From NCBI GenBank assembly GCA_963696385.1, contig CAVOKF010000005.1, forward strand, positions 640,001 through 704,000: 64,000 nt of DNA. The letters are read 5' to 3'. Under the pieces are notes generated by a model that was given only the letters and a program-made list of their open reading frames with translations, had not been told where the DNA came from and searched no databases. This DNA comes from an uncultured delta proteobacterium. Its GTDB lineage: Bacteria > Myxococcota_A > Polyangia > Polyangiales > Polyangiaceae. This document shows, piece by piece, positions 1 to 11,620 of the stretch (its first letter is position 1; the number at the start of each line of letters is the position of its first letter). The translations under genes were made by a program, and so were the position numbers.

Positions 1-2
1 TG

Positions 3-134
3 ACTCCCACGTATCAAACGGGGGACCAGAGATACGCGTGGCTCAATGAACTTCAGTGCGTTGGGTTCGGCCGGGTTCAGGAAGTCGACGGCACGTTTCG
101 GCGCGTGACGTACGATATCTACGCGATGTCGTGA
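3..134 (+). CDS. 3' end of DUF3237-like beta-barrel protein (partial, runs off window start)
   Basis: Frame 3 translates TPTYQTGDQRYAWLNELQCVGFGRVQEVDGTFRRVTYDIYAMS*, matching the DUF3237 C-terminal pattern PxFxTxDxRYxWLN...VGxG...YxVY. Confidence 0.7.
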   Translation, partial: TPTYQTGDQRYAWLNELQCVGFGRVQEVDGTFRRVTYDIYAMS

Positions 135-141
135 GGGACCT

Positions 142-726
142 ATGGATCTCGCAAACGTTCGCAAACGATTTCTCGATCGGAACATGAAATACGCGTGCTC
201 GTTCGACCCGCGGCTATGGTTTACTACGGACAGCATGACGCGCACCCCGACCGGCGATCGGGTCATCGTCGTCCCCCGCTCCGCGCCGCGCGGCCACACC
301 AGGGTGGGCGAATTCTTTCACGTTCACGACGAGACCAGCGTCGCCGGCGTGGACGACAGACGGCACAACTGCCCCATTGGAACCATCGAGCATATCGACG
401 AGTCCGTCGTCTTTTTTCACGACGATCCCCACGTCGGCACGATCGAGGGGCGATTGCTGCTGAAGACGAATGACAAGGCCGCCATCGAGGTCTCGTATGC
501 CGGCACCCTGCGCTTCCGCGTGTCTGCCGCTGCCAGTCTGAAGTTGGATCGCCCGCTGGAGGCCAGTGCGTGGATCATTCCGGTATTCTCGACGACCGAC
601 ACGCGGTATCAATGGCTTTGCTCCCACGCGTGCGTGGCCTTCGGCACCTGGGTCGCGTCGAAGGACGCCGAGGCGGCGCGCGGACATAATGTCGATACGA
701 ACCTGGACGTTTACTCGAATGGCTGA
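142..726 (+). CDS. DUF3237-like protein
   Basis: ATG after GAGGG; contains RLLLKTNDKAAIEVSYAG and IPVFSTTDTRYQWL...AFG...LDVY, the same pattern as the upstream partial gene. Confidence 0.6.
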   Translation: MDLANVRKRFLDRNMKYACSFDPRLWFTTDSMTRTPTGDRVIVVPRSAPRGHTRVGEFFHVHDETSVAGVDDRRHNCPIGTIEHIDESVVFFHDDPHVGTIEGRLLLKTNDKAAIEVSYAGTLRFRVSAAASLKLDRPLEASAWIIPVFSTTDTRYQWLCSHACVAFGTWVASKDAEAARGHNVDTNLDVYSNG

Positions 727-3700
727 TGGGTGGCGGACGGTGCGTCGGCACCGACTCCGACTCCGAGACGCGCGAGGGTGCCCCTTGCGCGCGGTGCGGC
801 GTCGTATTCGTGCGACGCAGCATGGTGCTGGACGAGAGCGAGTGTCAGGAGCGCCTCTTCGTGGGGGATCTCGAGCGAAATAGCCGCACGGCGGCCGCGC
901 TGCCAGATCGCGATGGAACGCTTCTTCGCGCCCGACAGCCAGCATCTCGTGCCCTCGTGCAGGCAATACCGCGGCAGCGCGACCGGAAACGTGCGGGCCG
1001 CGGCGCGGAGGGTCTCACAGGAGCGGCGAGCCTTGGCCGCGTAAATCCGGTCGCGCGGTTCCGAGGCGACCCACGCCGCCAAGCGCACCTCGGCAAGACG
1101 GGCATACGGGTCGAGGCACAAGAGGTGGACCGTTTTTGCCGCTTCGATCCTCGCAGACGCGTCGTCGGCTGCGGCGAGCGCCCGGTCGCCGAATCCTTGC
1201 GAATGGAGCACGTACGCGCGCAGAGCGAACGCCCTTATTTGCTCGGGCAGGCCGAGCTGAGGGACGAGACGCTCGGCGTGGCGCAGGTTCTCCTCTGCAG
1301 CGTCGAGATCGCCGCGCGCCACGTGAACCTCCGCACGGCGGAGGAAGCCCCAGCTCGTCGTCTGGACGTCATTGCGTCGCACGGCCGAGTCAAACATCCG
1401 GTTGCACCATTCGAGGCACCGATCGAAGTCTCGACCCCACTCGACGGCGCAACGCAGGCCCGCCCCTTCCTCCCACCGCCGCCCAAAGCCGAGTTCCTCG
1501 GCGATCTGCATGACCCGATCGCCGGCTGCCGACGCGCGCTGCCAGTCGCCCAGGCCGCTCAAGTAGTGGCCATGAAGCACCTGGTAGTACGACTCGACTT
1601 CTGGATCGTAGGCCTCGCGAAGCGCACCCTCGGCTAGATCGAAGTACGCCCTCGCGAGCCTTGGAATCGGGACAATTCCCGCCGTGGCGGCCGCGTTGGT
1701 GAAGCCGACCGCTCGCATCGGCGACGGCGCACCCCGCTCGGCGAGATCCAACGTCGCGAGGTTCGCGTAGAGCAGTGGTGCGTATTCTCCGCGATAATAG
1801 TAAATCTGCGTCAAACGATCGTAGGCACGAGCGGCCTCCAGCAGAGCGGGACTCTTTCGCGGGTCCGACTCGACCCATCGACGAGCGACCGTACGGTGGA
1901 TCAGTTGCCTCGCCAGTTTCACCCCCACGCCGAGGGCCATTCGAGCCGGGCTTTCAGGCATCGGCCGAGCAAGGAGCCGGACCGCTTCCAGCAGATTATG
2001 CTTGCTGGCGGAGAGGTCGCCCAACCCCTGGAGGGCATCTCCGATGCGCCTTGCCCAATAGGCGCGCCGCTCGGCCGGCACCGGCACGTACCCCGCAGCG
2101 CTGGCGGAAACCGCCTCACGGAAGAACCGGACCGCATCGGCGTTCGCCGACGTGCGCAGGGCGTTCTCCGCAGCTCGCTCGAAATAGTCAATCGCACGAT
2201 CCCAGGCCTCGCCGTTGCGAAAATGATAGGCCATCTCGGCATGGTGGCCCGCGGCGTTCGGTCCCCCGGCGTGCTCTCTCTGCAGCGCCTCCCCCGCCGC
2301 GAGGTGCAGCGCCCTTCGGCGTCGTCGATCCATACGATCGTAAGCAAGCTCTCGAATCTTGTCGTGCACGAAGCGGAAGTCTTGTTCGCGGGCGCGCTCG
2401 ACGAGCTGTCGATCGAGCATCTCGCTCAACCACGGCGAAAGGTGGGATTCGGGCTCGCCGCTGACTTCGGCAAGCATCGATGACCTGAACTCGCGGCCTA
2501 GGACCGACGCCACTTCGGCGGCACGGCGCGCTCCCGCGCTCAGCAGCTCCAGCCGTCGGACGAGCAATTCGCGGAGCGACCGCGGTAGATCCAGGACGTC
2601 GGCGACCGATCCGACGCCGGTCAGACGATCGGACCATGTCCATCCCTCGGCCGTGTGCGCCAACAGTCCCTCGAAGGCAGCCGCCCGCAAGTACTCGGCG
2701 ACGAAAAATGGATTGCCCTGCGCCCGATCCGTCAGGGCGCGCATCACGTCGAGGGGCGCGGGCCGTGCCAGCATATCGCCCACCATGACCGTCAGCGCCG
2801 CCTCGTCGAGGCGCTCGAGCACGTGCGAGTGCACGTCCGCATGGTCGAGGAGCTTCGAGATCTCGCCCGACGCCTCTTCGAGTCGGTAAAGGCCGATGAC
2901 GAGGATCCCGGCGCTCGCAAGAACTTCACCCGCAATGGAATCGAGAACGGCGAGCGACAGGTCATCGGCCCACTGCAGATCGTCGATGACCAACAGAAGC
3001 GGGCCTCTCCGACCGAAGCGCACGATGAGCTCGCGCATCGACTCCACGGCGCGCTCCCGTTCTGCGGGCGGCGGCAGAGCACCCCAAGGGGACAGTTGCC
3101 CCTCGAACAAGTGACCCAGGGTCGGTTCGTATTGGGACAAGACGTGGAGCGCCGGCGGCGACCCGAAGAGGTCCATCGCTACGTCCCAGGTCCGGCAGAC
3201 GTCGGACGCGCGCTGCAGGAGGCCGCGGAACGGTTCGAGCGCGGTACCCGCGACCTGCGGCCCCGACTCCGAGGTGGGCGCAATCGCCACGCATTCTCCG
3301 GTCACCACCTCGAACCGGCGTCGCGCGAGCAAACGCGCCAATTCGGAGGCGAGGAAGGTTTTTCCGATGCCGCTCTCGCCCCCGATGAGAACGAAGTGCC
3401 CTTGCCCGCGCAAAGCTCCCCGTGCAAGTTCCTCGATTTCCCCGACGATGTCGTCGCGCCCTACGAGCCGCGGTCGGAACAAATACTGCGTCCGCGATGG
3501 GGAAGGCGGACGCGGAACCGTGGATCCCATCGATCCGAGAAGCTGCGCGACGATCTCCGCACTGCCGAGTCGCTCCCCTGGCCTCTTGGCCAACAGGCCA
3601 TCGAGCAACTCGTTGACCGCGTCGGGCAGGCCGGCAACCAGATCCGATGCGGGCGTCGGAACGTCGTAAAGGTGCGCGTGCAAGAGGTCGTGCGAGGTCT

Positions 3701-4670
3701 TTGCCGTGAACGGAGGACGACCCGTAAGGCTCTCGTAGAGCATGCAGCCGAAGGCATAAATATCGGCCCGAGCGTCGGGGATTTGGCCACGAATCAACTC
3801 CGGCGCCAGGTACGGCAAGGTCCCGCGCAGCCCGCCCACTTCGAGGGTCTCGCGACCGATCGCTCCGCCTGCGCGCGACATGAGGCCGAAATCGACGAGG
3901 ACGGGTTGGTCGTCGTGGCGAACGAAAACGTTCGAAGGCTTGAGATCGCAATGAACGATTCCTGCGCGGTGCACGAACGATAGGGGTTCGCACATTCGAC
4001 TGAACAGCGACAGGACCTCGTCGAGTCTCCCGGCCGCCGCGGGGACAAGCGCCTGCAGGACAGGACTGGACCCCGGCGGGCTCGCTCGTCTCGAGGCCGG
4101 GTCTCCCCAGCAAGAGCGATTGAACGTCGCGAGCGTCTGGCCTTCGAGCAACTCCATCGCGTACCACGGGTCACCGTCGACGATGCCTTCTTCATAGATT
4201 CGGACGATGCCCGAGTGCCGCGCACGTTGAAGAAACGCGATCTCGTGCCGCATCGCGGCGAGCGCCGCCGGAATGCGATGGGTGATGGTCTTGACTGCGG
4301 CCGGCCGCGAGGTGCCCTCGTCGACCGCCGAGTAGACCACACCCATGGCGCCGCGGCCGATCTCGGCGACGACGCGATAGGGTCCGAAACGGTCACGGAC
4401 TGCGCCTTGCAGCAGATCCGCCGTTGCCATTCGCTCGGACGCACGCGCAATCGCCGCGACCAAGTGAACCCAGATCGAATCCCTCTGGACGTCGGGGGCG
4501 CGCTCGGCGGTGAACGACCCCGCCGTCGCGGCGACGACGTCCAAACAACGCCCGCAGTGGTCCAGGTGCTCTTCGAATCGGGAGACGTCGGCGATCGGCA
4601 AATCGCCTCGAACGAACTCCACGACCCAGGTCTTCTCTGGACACTCCATCTGGTTCTCCGGACGATTCAT
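711..4670 (-). CDS. Ser/Thr protein kinase fused to STAND-type (AAA_16) ATPase and helical/TPR C-terminus, with N-terminal zf-HC2-like motif (start uncertain: 4727, 4670 or 4649)
   Basis: HLDHCGRC; IGRGAMGVVY, AVK, HCDLKPSN, DFG, GTLPYLAPE; Walker A GESGIGKT, Walker B LLVIDDLQWAD, GNPFF, FVHDKIRE. Confidence 0.9.
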   Translation of the reverse strand: MNRPENQMECPEKTWVVEFVRGDLPIADVSRFEEHLDHCGRCLDVVAATAGSFTAERAPDVQRDSIWVHLVAAIARASERMATADLLQGAVRDRFGPYRVVAEIGRGAMGVVYSAVDEGTSRPAAVKTITHRIPAALAAMRHEIAFLQRARHSGIVRIYEEGIVDGDPWYAMELLEGQTLATFNRSCWGDPASRRASPPGSSPVLQALVPAAAGRLDEVLSLFSRMCEPLSFVHRAGIVHCDLKPSNVFVRHDDQPVLVDFGLMSRAGGAIGRETLEVGGLRGTLPYLAPELIRGQIPDARADIYAFGCMLYESLTGRPPFTAKTSHDLLHAHLYDVPTPASDLVAGLPDAVNELLDGLLAKRPGERLGSAEIVAQLLGSMGSTVPRPPSPSRTQYLFRPRLVGRDDIVGEIEELARGALRGQGHFVLIGGESGIGKTFLASELARLLARRRFEVVTGECVAIAPTSESGPQVAGTALEPFRGLLQRASDVCRTWDVAMDLFGSPPALHVLSQYEPTLGHLFEGQLSPWGALPPPAERERAVESMRELIVRFGRRGPLLLVIDDLQWADDLSLAVLDSIAGEVLASAGILVIGLYRLEEASGEISKLLDHADVHSHVLERLDEAALTVMVGDMLARPAPLDVMRALTDRAQGNPFFVAEYLRAAAFEGLLAHTAEGWTWSDRLTGVGSVADVLDLPRSLRELLVRRLELLSAGARRAAEVASVLGREFRSSMLAEVSGEPESHLSPWLSEMLDRQLVERAREQDFRFVHDKIRELAYDRMDRRRRRALHLAAGEALQREHAGGPNAAGHHAEMAYHFRNGEAWDRAIDYFERAAENALRTSANADAVRFFREAVSASAAGYVPVPAERRAYWARRIGDALQGLGDLSASKHNLLEAVRLLARPMPESPARMALGVGVKLARQLIHRTVARRWVESDPRKSPALLEAARAYDRLTQIYYYRGEYAPLLYANLATLDLAERGAPSPMRAVGFTNAAATAGIVPIPRLARAYFDLAEGALREAYDPEVESYYQVLHGHYLSGLGDWQRASAAGDRVMQIAEELGFGRRWEEGAGLRCAVEWGRDFDRCLEWCNRMFDSAVRRNDVQTTSWGFLRRAEVHVARGDLDAAEENLRHAERLVPQLGLPEQIRAFALRAYVLHSQGFGDRALAAADDASARIEAAKTVHLLCLDPYARLAEVRLAAWVASEPRDRIYAAKARRSCETLRAAARTFPVALPRYCLHEGTRCWLSGAKKRSIAIWQRGRRAAISLEIPHEEALLTLALVQHHAASHEYDAAPRARGTLARLGVGVGADAPSATHQPFE

Positions 4671-5034
4671 CTGCGGAACGCAGGCCGGAGTGACGGGATC
4701 GCCTACCCGTGAATCATCCGCTATCAAAGAGAGCGAGCGAGGTCAACCGTTCTTCAGCGGACGCCGTCGATGCTCTTGCGGATGCGATCCATGGGATTTC
4801 CTCCACCGCGAGAGCCGTGTTATGTTCGAGGATCCCTCCAGTCGCATCGTTCCCGAGACCGGCGGTCGTAGCCGGGCGTACCCCCCGGGTAGCGAAAGAT
4901 CGCAAACGACCCGCCCGTGGAGCCTCTGAGGAGGCGGGACGAGCTGCGATGCGGGCCGGTGCGATACCGGCGTCGACGGAGCGGCGCCGCCGGGTTAGCG
5001 TAACGCGCTTTTCCCATCGAAGGAGAAATGCCTC

Positions 5035-5805
5035 ATGGCGAATGTGAGCACTGGACGGTTCTGCTGGCACGAGTTGGTCACCACCGATCTCACTGCGGTG
5101 ACGAAGTTCTACGGAGATCTGCTCGGCTGGACGTTTCGTGACAACCCGAGCCCGGAGGGCGGGACGTACCGAATGTTCTCGGTCGGCGAGACGATGGTCG
5201 GCGGCGCCATGGTGGCGCCAGCGGGTGTGCCATCGGGTTGGCTCGTCTACGTCGCAGTCGATGACGCTGACTGGGCGGCGAGGAAGGTCGCAGATCTCGG
5301 TGGCAAGATCACGGTGCCGGCGACGACGGTCCCGGACATGCTGCGCTTTGCGTGCGGGTCGGACCCGCAGGGGGCCGCGTTCGGGATCCTCCAGCCGCTC
5401 GGTGCTGGCGCGCAACAGCACCCCTACGAAGGGCCCGCGCGCCCAGGCACGTTCTGCTGGGACGAGTTGCACACGACGGACATGGCGGCGGCGAAAAAAT
5501 TCTACGGCAGCTTGTTCGGATGGGCCGGCAAGGGCGAAGCGGACGGTGGCGAGGCGTACTGGCACTGGAAGCACGCGGACAAGGAGATCGGCGGAATGAC
5601 GTCGCATAGGGGGGGGCCGGGCGTGGCTCCGCACTGGCTCGCATACGTCGCGGTGTCAGATGTCGACGCGGTCGCGAAGAAGGTCGTGGCGTTCGGCGGC
5701 AAGGTGCTGATGCCTGCAATGGAGATCCCGAACGTGGGGCGGTTCTCGGTCGTCCAAGATCCGACAGGCGCCGTGTTCTCGCCCTTCCGCTCAGCGCGCG
5801 TCTGA
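5035..5805 (+). CDS. VOC family (glyoxalase-like) two-domain protein
   Basis: Duplicated FCWHEL/FCWDEL...FYGxLxGW...WLxYVAVxD...DPxGA modules; RBS AGGAGA. Confidence 0.9.
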   Translation: MANVSTGRFCWHELVTTDLTAVTKFYGDLLGWTFRDNPSPEGGTYRMFSVGETMVGGAMVAPAGVPSGWLVYVAVDDADWAARKVADLGGKITVPATTVPDMLRFACGSDPQGAAFGILQPLGAGAQQHPYEGPARPGTFCWDELHTTDMAAAKKFYGSLFGWAGKGEADGGEAYWHWKHADKEIGGMTSHRGGPGVAPHWLAYVAVSDVDAVAKKVVAFGGKVLMPAMEIPNVGRFSVVQDPTGAVFSPFRSARV

Positions 5806-6006
5806 AGGCTGCGGAAAGGCCAGGAGACGATGAAGCTCAATGGATGGGCACCCACGCGCACCCTCCGTGACAACCTTCGCGCGCAGGTTCGGTTGGACCG
5901 CCCGCCGCGTGGAAGCGAGCTTCGCTCCGATCCCGATGCCCGACAAGACCCGGCGATCGTGGGGACACGATGGCCGGAATCGGCAATCGGCGGTACCTCC
6001 TAAGTC

Positions 6007-6556
<550 letters not shown>

Positions 6557-6633
6557 CATCGGGGTCGCTGGGCGGCGAGTAGGAAGCGCAGTCGCCCGGG
6601 GAGTTCAAACGCAGCGGGACCGTAGCGCCTCGT

Positions 6634-8046
6634 CTATTTCCCGTACCCGGCGGCCACGATGTTGGCCTGGACGGCGTCAGCGGTCGCGTCCGTCGCGGCT
6701 CCGGAGGTCATGACCCCTTCGAAGAAATTTCCTTGGGCGCCGTTGGTGTTGTCACCGCCCATGCCGAGGATGATGGCGCCCTGCTTCTTCATCGGGTTGT
6801 AGCCGGTAGGACGCGCTCCGTCGTAGAAGGTCGTCAGCATCCCCGACTGTGAGTTCCCGCCTTTGAGCGCAAAGGTCCCGGATCGGCCTATCACCAGACC
6901 TGTGACGTAAGCGGAAGTCTGGGGCATGTCGGCCGCGTTGGCGGCGAAGCTCACTCCTGCGAAGATGCCGTTCTCCATGTCCGCCATGACCCAGGGGCCG
7001 GCTCCGCCGCCCTTTCCCCATTGGGACGCGGTGCCGAAATAGACCGCCTCCATGGTACCGTCGCTGTCGTCGGAATTGTTGGTCTCTGCGTTCCCGTAGT
7101 CGAAGCAGCAGCCAGAGTTGTAGAAGGTGCCGCTCGTCACCATGTACTCGGTCTCCGGCAGGTCGGCGGTAGCGGTGCCCGCAGCCTTGTCGTTCCGATA
7201 GCCGTCGCCCGCCACGATGTGGAGCCCATAGACCGGGTGGCCGCTGAGCGTGAGCGTGAGAGCCGTCGCGTCGGCCGGGTTGTCCGGCGTGGCCTTGCGC
7301 TGGCCGGGGGGCGCCGGCGTGAGGTTGTTCCCCTTGCCGGACTGGTCGTAGAGGATCGACATCGTGCACGTCGTGCCGGCGCAGAACGCGTCTTGCGTCG
7401 CCGAGTTGGCGAAGCTGCCGGCGCTCAGGACCCCGATGTCCGTGGTCGTGTTGTCCGACGCGCGCGTCACCTGGTAGAGGCTCCCGCTGTACGCGCCGTA
7501 GAGCGCCCGAACCGTGCTATGCGCGGCCATGCACGGCGTACCGCCGGAAGCGAAGATGTCGCAGACCCCGGCGCCGGCTGGCGCGACGCCGGTGTCACCC
7601 GTCGCGCCGCTATCGGCGCCTGCCAGGCCCGAGTCGGCGCCGCTGGATCCCCCGCTCGTGCTCGAGCCACTCGAACTGGAGCTCATGCCGCCGTCGCTCC
7701 CGCTCATGCCGCCGTCGCTCGGGCTCGTGCCCCCCGAACTCGAGTTCGTCCCGGCAGAGCCCGTGGTCGTGCTGCCCGAATTCGCGTTGGTCCCACCCGT
7801 GCTCGCGCCGCCCGAATTCGCGTTGGTCCCATCCGTGCTCGCGCCGCCGGTGCTAGAATCGCTGCCGGTGCTGGAGCTTCCGTTCGTCGCACCCCCTTCC
7901 AACGAGGTACCGGGTGAGGTCTCGTTGGAACCGCTCGAGCAGCCGTCCGCCGCAGCGATGGCCATCGTCGCCGCGCTCGCCAGGAATGCCGGACGGGCGA
8001 TGAGAACCACCGAACGCGAATGCAGCCTCGTCTTTGCTGGATTCAC
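6634..8046 (-). CDS. secreted alpha-L-arabinofuranosidase B catalytic domain (GH54) with S/G/T-rich linker
   Basis: CDIFASGGTPCMAAHSTVRALY, CCFDYGNAE, GPWVMADMENG, PMKKQGAIILGMGGD, FFEGVMT, VQANIVAAGY. Confidence 0.92.
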   Translation of the reverse strand: MNPAKTRLHSRSVVLIARPAFLASAATMAIAAADGCSSGSNETSPGTSLEGGATNGSSSTGSDSSTGGASTDGTNANSGGASTGGTNANSGSTTTGSAGTNSSSGGTSPSDGGMSGSDGGMSSSSSGSSTSGGSSGADSGLAGADSGATGDTGVAPAGAGVCDIFASGGTPCMAAHSTVRALYGAYSGSLYQVTRASDNTTTDIGVLSAGSFANSATQDAFCAGTTCTMSILYDQSGKGNNLTPAPPGQRKATPDNPADATALTLTLSGHPVYGLHIVAGDGYRNDKAAGTATADLPETEYMVTSGTFYNSGCCFDYGNAETNNSDDSDGTMEAVYFGTASQWGKGGGAGPWVMADMENGIFAGVSFAANAADMPQTSAYVTGLVIGRSGTFALKGGNSQSGMLTTFYDGARPTGYNPMKKQGAIILGMGGDNTNGAQGNFFEGVMTSGAATDATADAVQANIVAAGYGK

Positions 8047-8169
8047 GCATGAACCATACTGCGTCCAGGCTCGGTGTCACTTGTCGAAAATGCGCGGAGC
8101 GCGAGCAGCCAAATCGGTTCGCCGTTCCAGTCACAACGAACGATTCAACGTAACTTCTGTGACGCGCTC

Positions 8170-8262
8170 CGATGCCCCCGACCGTGAGCACATCAAGCGG
8201 GTCGTCGGGCTACCCGGAGACACAGTCTCGGTCAACAGCACGGAGATTATCTTGAACGGGCC
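8170..8262 (+). pseudogene. isolated fragment of signal peptidase I (LepB-like)
   Basis: Intergenic frame reads DAPDREHIKRVVGLPGDTVSVNSTEIILNG, the SPase I catalytic-Lys box IKRVVGLPGD; no Ser box or membrane anchor upstream. Confidence 0.65.
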
Positions 8263-8302
8263 CCATGGGGCAGTCCCCCTCTCCCGGCAACCGCCACGGT
8301 GC

Positions 8303-11230
8303 TCAGTCCAGCAAAGCCAGCAGCTCGTCGCGCGTAATCCCCCCAGCCTGGGCGGCCTCGCCGAGCGCGACCTCGGCGATGCGACGCTTGCGCTCTTGCA
8401 GGCCGAGGATCCCCTCCTCGACCGTATCCTTGGTGACCATTCGATAGACCATCACGGGACGTTCTTGCCCGAAGCGGTGGGCCCGGTCTGCGGCCTGCTC
8501 CTCCACTGCGGGGTTCCACCACGGGTCCAACAAGAAGACGTGATCGGCGGCGGTCAGATTGATGCCGGTCCCGCCCGCCTTGAGCGACACGATGAGCACC
8601 GGAGGTCCCGCTTCATCCTGAAATTCGTGGACGACCGCCGCGCGATCGCGCGTCGATCCGTCGAGACGTGCGAATCGGATGCCGGAGCCGTGCAAGTGCG
8701 GCTCGACGAGGTCGAGCAGCGACGTCCACTGCGAAAAGACGAGCGCCTTGTGGCCCTCGGCGACGGCGTCCTCGAGCGCCTCGATGAGCCGCTCGACCTT
8801 CGACGACGTTGAAGCGTGCTGCCCGGGAACGAGGCCCGTGTGACAGGCAGCCTGGCGAAGGCGCAGCAGGGCTTCGAGGGCGGCGAGGACTCCGCCGCCC
8901 TCGGCGATTTTTTCCGCCACGCTCTTGCGGGTTGCGACGCGGACGGCGTCGTAGACGCTGCGCTCCGTTTCATCGAGCTCGACGTGCAGCACCGCGTCGG
9001 TGCGTGACGGCAGCTCCGGCAGCACGTCTCGCTTCGTGCGCCGCAGCACGAAGGGACGAATCTTGGCGCGCAGACGCGCGCCCGCCTCAGGGTTGCCGCT
9101 CGCGATGGGACTCACGTATCGCTCCTGGAAGTCGCTGACGCCCCCCAAAAGCCCTGGGTTTGCGAAGTGCATCGCGCTCCAGAGCTCTTCGAGTCGATTC
9201 TCGACTGGGGTACCGCTGAGAAGCACGCGAAACTTTCCTCGCAGCCCGAACGCGGCTCGCGCCGTTTGGCTGCCCAGATTCTTGATGGCCTGGCCCTCGT
9301 CGAGGACGACCACGTCCCACGATTCTTCGGCGAGCAACTCCGCATCGAGGCGAAGCACCGCATACGTCATGAGCGTCACGTCGGCGCTCCGATCGATCTG
9401 CCGCTTCGGTCCTTGGTAGATCGCCGTGCGCAGACCGGGACGGAAGCGGTTGATCTCGTCGACCCAGTTGTACACGACGCTCTTCGGGCAGACGACGACC
9501 ACGCGCCCGCGCAGCACGCAGATCGTCTGGAGCGTCTTGCCGAGGCCCATGTCGTCGGCGAGGACCGCGCCGAGCTCCGCGTCGCGCAGAAAAGCCAGCC
9601 AGTCCACTCCTTGCTGCTGATAGGGGCGCAAGGACGCGTTCAAACCGGAAGGCAGAGCCGATCGCGGGATACCGTCGAACTGTCCGAAGAGCGGCGCTAG
9701 CCGGTCGAGCAGCGGCGGACGCGGCGCTTCCAGCGCATCGCAGAGGGGGCCGATCGTCAACAGCGCGGCCGGCCCGAGCTTCTTGTCGGTCCCTCGGGCC
9801 GCGAGCAAATCGGCCACCAGATGCCCGTGTCGGGCGAGCCAGTCGGCCGGTAACGGCGCCCAGCCACCGCCTTGCAGCGGTACCAAGTCGAGCCCGTCTT
9901 GCCAGGCGCGGACGACGGCTCGGGCCTCGGCCCGCTTGGGCCCTGACTGCCGACCTTCTTCGTCGTCGCACTCGAACACGACGTCGTAGACATCGCCTTC
10001 GACGGCCAGCCGCGGCCGAAGCAGTCGTTCCGAGAACGCTTCCGAGTGCGTTTCGAAGCCGGTGTGCTTTTGCCATTCACGCAGCTTGGTGGCGAAGCGA
10101 ATCGCCTCGTTGCCGTCGAGATCGACGCGACGGCCCGGCACGAGGTTCAATTCGTCGCGAAGGCGTCGGAGAGCTTCGCGCTCTTCGCTCGGACGGCGCG
10201 TCGGTATCGAGTCACCGAGCATGACGAGCGTGTCTCCATCGACCCGGGCTACCGCCGGGTTGCCGTAAACGAGCGTCGGCAAGACGGACAAGGTGTGGCC
10301 CTGGTGCGAGAGGTCCATCTCGATGCGCGGACGCGCGTCGACCGCCGCGCGCGGGAGTCGGTCGGTTGCGATGACGACGTCGACCTTGCGCTCGAGCTCG
10401 GGCAGCACGGTCGTGACGAGATCGGCGGCTTCGGCGGGCTTGAACTTGCGCTCGAGCGGCAGCCGCTCGAGCCATTCGCCCGTCGTCGACGCTTCCCCGA
10501 TGGGGTGCAGGACATCGCCACACCGCACGACGCCTTTGGCCACGACCGCCGTGACGGCGGGGTCGCGCTCGAGACGCAGGACGAAGCCCCCCAGAGGCCC
10601 GTCTTCGACCCGAGCGTGCGGCAGGACGGTCTCGCTCGAGACGCGGATCGGGGCGCCCTGCAGGGTCACTTGCGCGTCGTTCGAGAGCGCTCCGAACAAG
10701 TCGGCGATCCTTCCCGGTTGCACGACGTCGCGCACGGGCATCCCCAGAATGCGTTCGGCACGCAGATCGTCGTGCGTCGGCGTCCAACCGGTCGGCGTAC
10801 GGCCGCGCGCTACGCTGGAAGCGATCGAGTCGACGAGTCGTTCTTCGCGTCCGTCGGCGTGCACCAGGACGCGCAGCACCGAGAGCAGCCCGTCGCGCGT
10901 CGCCAGGCGATACGCGAGCCGCGCCGGCTTTAACGAAACGGCTGAGGTGAGCGACTCGCCCCGTTCGGCGGCTTGCGACGAGGCGATGATGGCGGCCGCG
11001 ACGTGTGCGCACGGGTCGGTTTTGCCGTTGCAATCGCACGTCCACTCGGGACCCTCGGGATACAGCGTTACGGTGAGCGCGATCGCGTGCCCGGGGGCCC
11101 GCACGCGCAGCGTCATTTCGTCGGCGGTCGAACCGGCTGACGACACGGCGCCCTCCCGGGCAAGCTTCACCCCCTGGGACCAGATGCCGGGCAGGCACGT
11201 CTTCCGGATCGCTTCGAGGACCGCCAGCAT
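8303..11230 (-). CDS. SWIM zinc finger SNF2 family helicase
   Basis: CDC...PCAH SWIM motif; [46 protein letters not shown]; start taken at [10 protein letters not shown]. Confidence 0.92.
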   Translation of the reverse strand: MLAVLEAIRKTCLPGIWSQGVKLAREGAVSSAGSTADEMTLRVRAPGHAIALTVTLYPEGPEWTCDCNGKTDPCAHVAAAIIASSQAAERGESLTSAVSLKPARLAYRLATRDGLLSVLRVLVHADGREERLVDSIASSVARGRTPTGWTPTHDDLRAERILGMPVRDVVQPGRIADLFGALSNDAQVTLQGAPIRVSSETVLPHARVEDGPLGGFVLRLERDPAVTAVVAKGVVRCGDVLHPIGEASTTGEWLERLPLERKFKPAEAADLVTTVLPELERKVDVVIATDRLPRAAVDARPRIEMDLSHQGHTLSVLPTLVYGNPAVARVDGDTLVMLGDSIPTRRPSEEREALRRLRDELNLVPGRRVDLDGNEAIRFATKLREWQKHTGFETHSEAFSERLLRPRLAVEGDVYDVVFECDDEEGRQSGPKRAEARAVVRAWQDGLDLVPLQGGGWAPLPADWLARHGHLVADLLAARGTDKKLGPAALLTIGPLCDALEAPRPPLLDRLAPLFGQFDGIPRSALPSGLNASLRPYQQQGVDWLAFLRDAELGAVLADDMGLGKTLQTICVLRGRVVVVCPKSVVYNWVDEINRFRPGLRTAIYQGPKRQIDRSADVTLMTYAVLRLDAELLAEESWDVVVLDEGQAIKNLGSQTARAAFGLRGKFRVLLSGTPVENRLEELWSAMHFANPGLLGGVSDFQERYVSPIASGNPEAGARLRAKIRPFVLRRTKRDVLPELPSRTDAVLHVELDETERSVYDAVRVATRKSVAEKIAEGGGVLAALEALLRLRQAACHTGLVPGQHASTSSKVERLIEALEDAVAEGHKALVFSQWTSLLDLVEPHLHGSGIRFARLDGSTRDRAAVVHEFQDEAGPPVLIVSLKAGGTGINLTAADHVFLLDPWWNPAVEEQAADRAHRFGQERPVMVYRMVTKDTVEEGILGLQERKRRIAEVALGEAAQAGGITRDELLALLD

Positions 11231-11620
11231 CGAACGCGAGAGATAGCGGCTCGCTCTCTTTTCTCCAGGCGCGTTCGATGTGGATGGCCGAGCCGACCGT
11301 GCCTGGATTCGGGCGCAACGGCGCGGAGCGTGGCGGGAACCCATGCTTGAGCCCGCGGCGGCGCACGGCCGCCGTCGCACGGCACGGTTCGTGGCGTTTT
11401 CGCGCGTTTGGGGCGCGAGAAGACTCGCCCCGGGCACGTCGCCGGGACGGCGGTGAACGACAAGGGTCTGGGTCGTTCGCACGAGGGGCTCGATCCCGTC
11501 CGGGAAATCGGAAAAACTACGACCGCAAAACGCGACCCATCCACGTGGCCATGGGTCGAGACAGCCATCGGGCCACAAGCTCAGGCGGATGCTCGGTTCA
11601 CCGCCAAAGGAGAAGTCACC

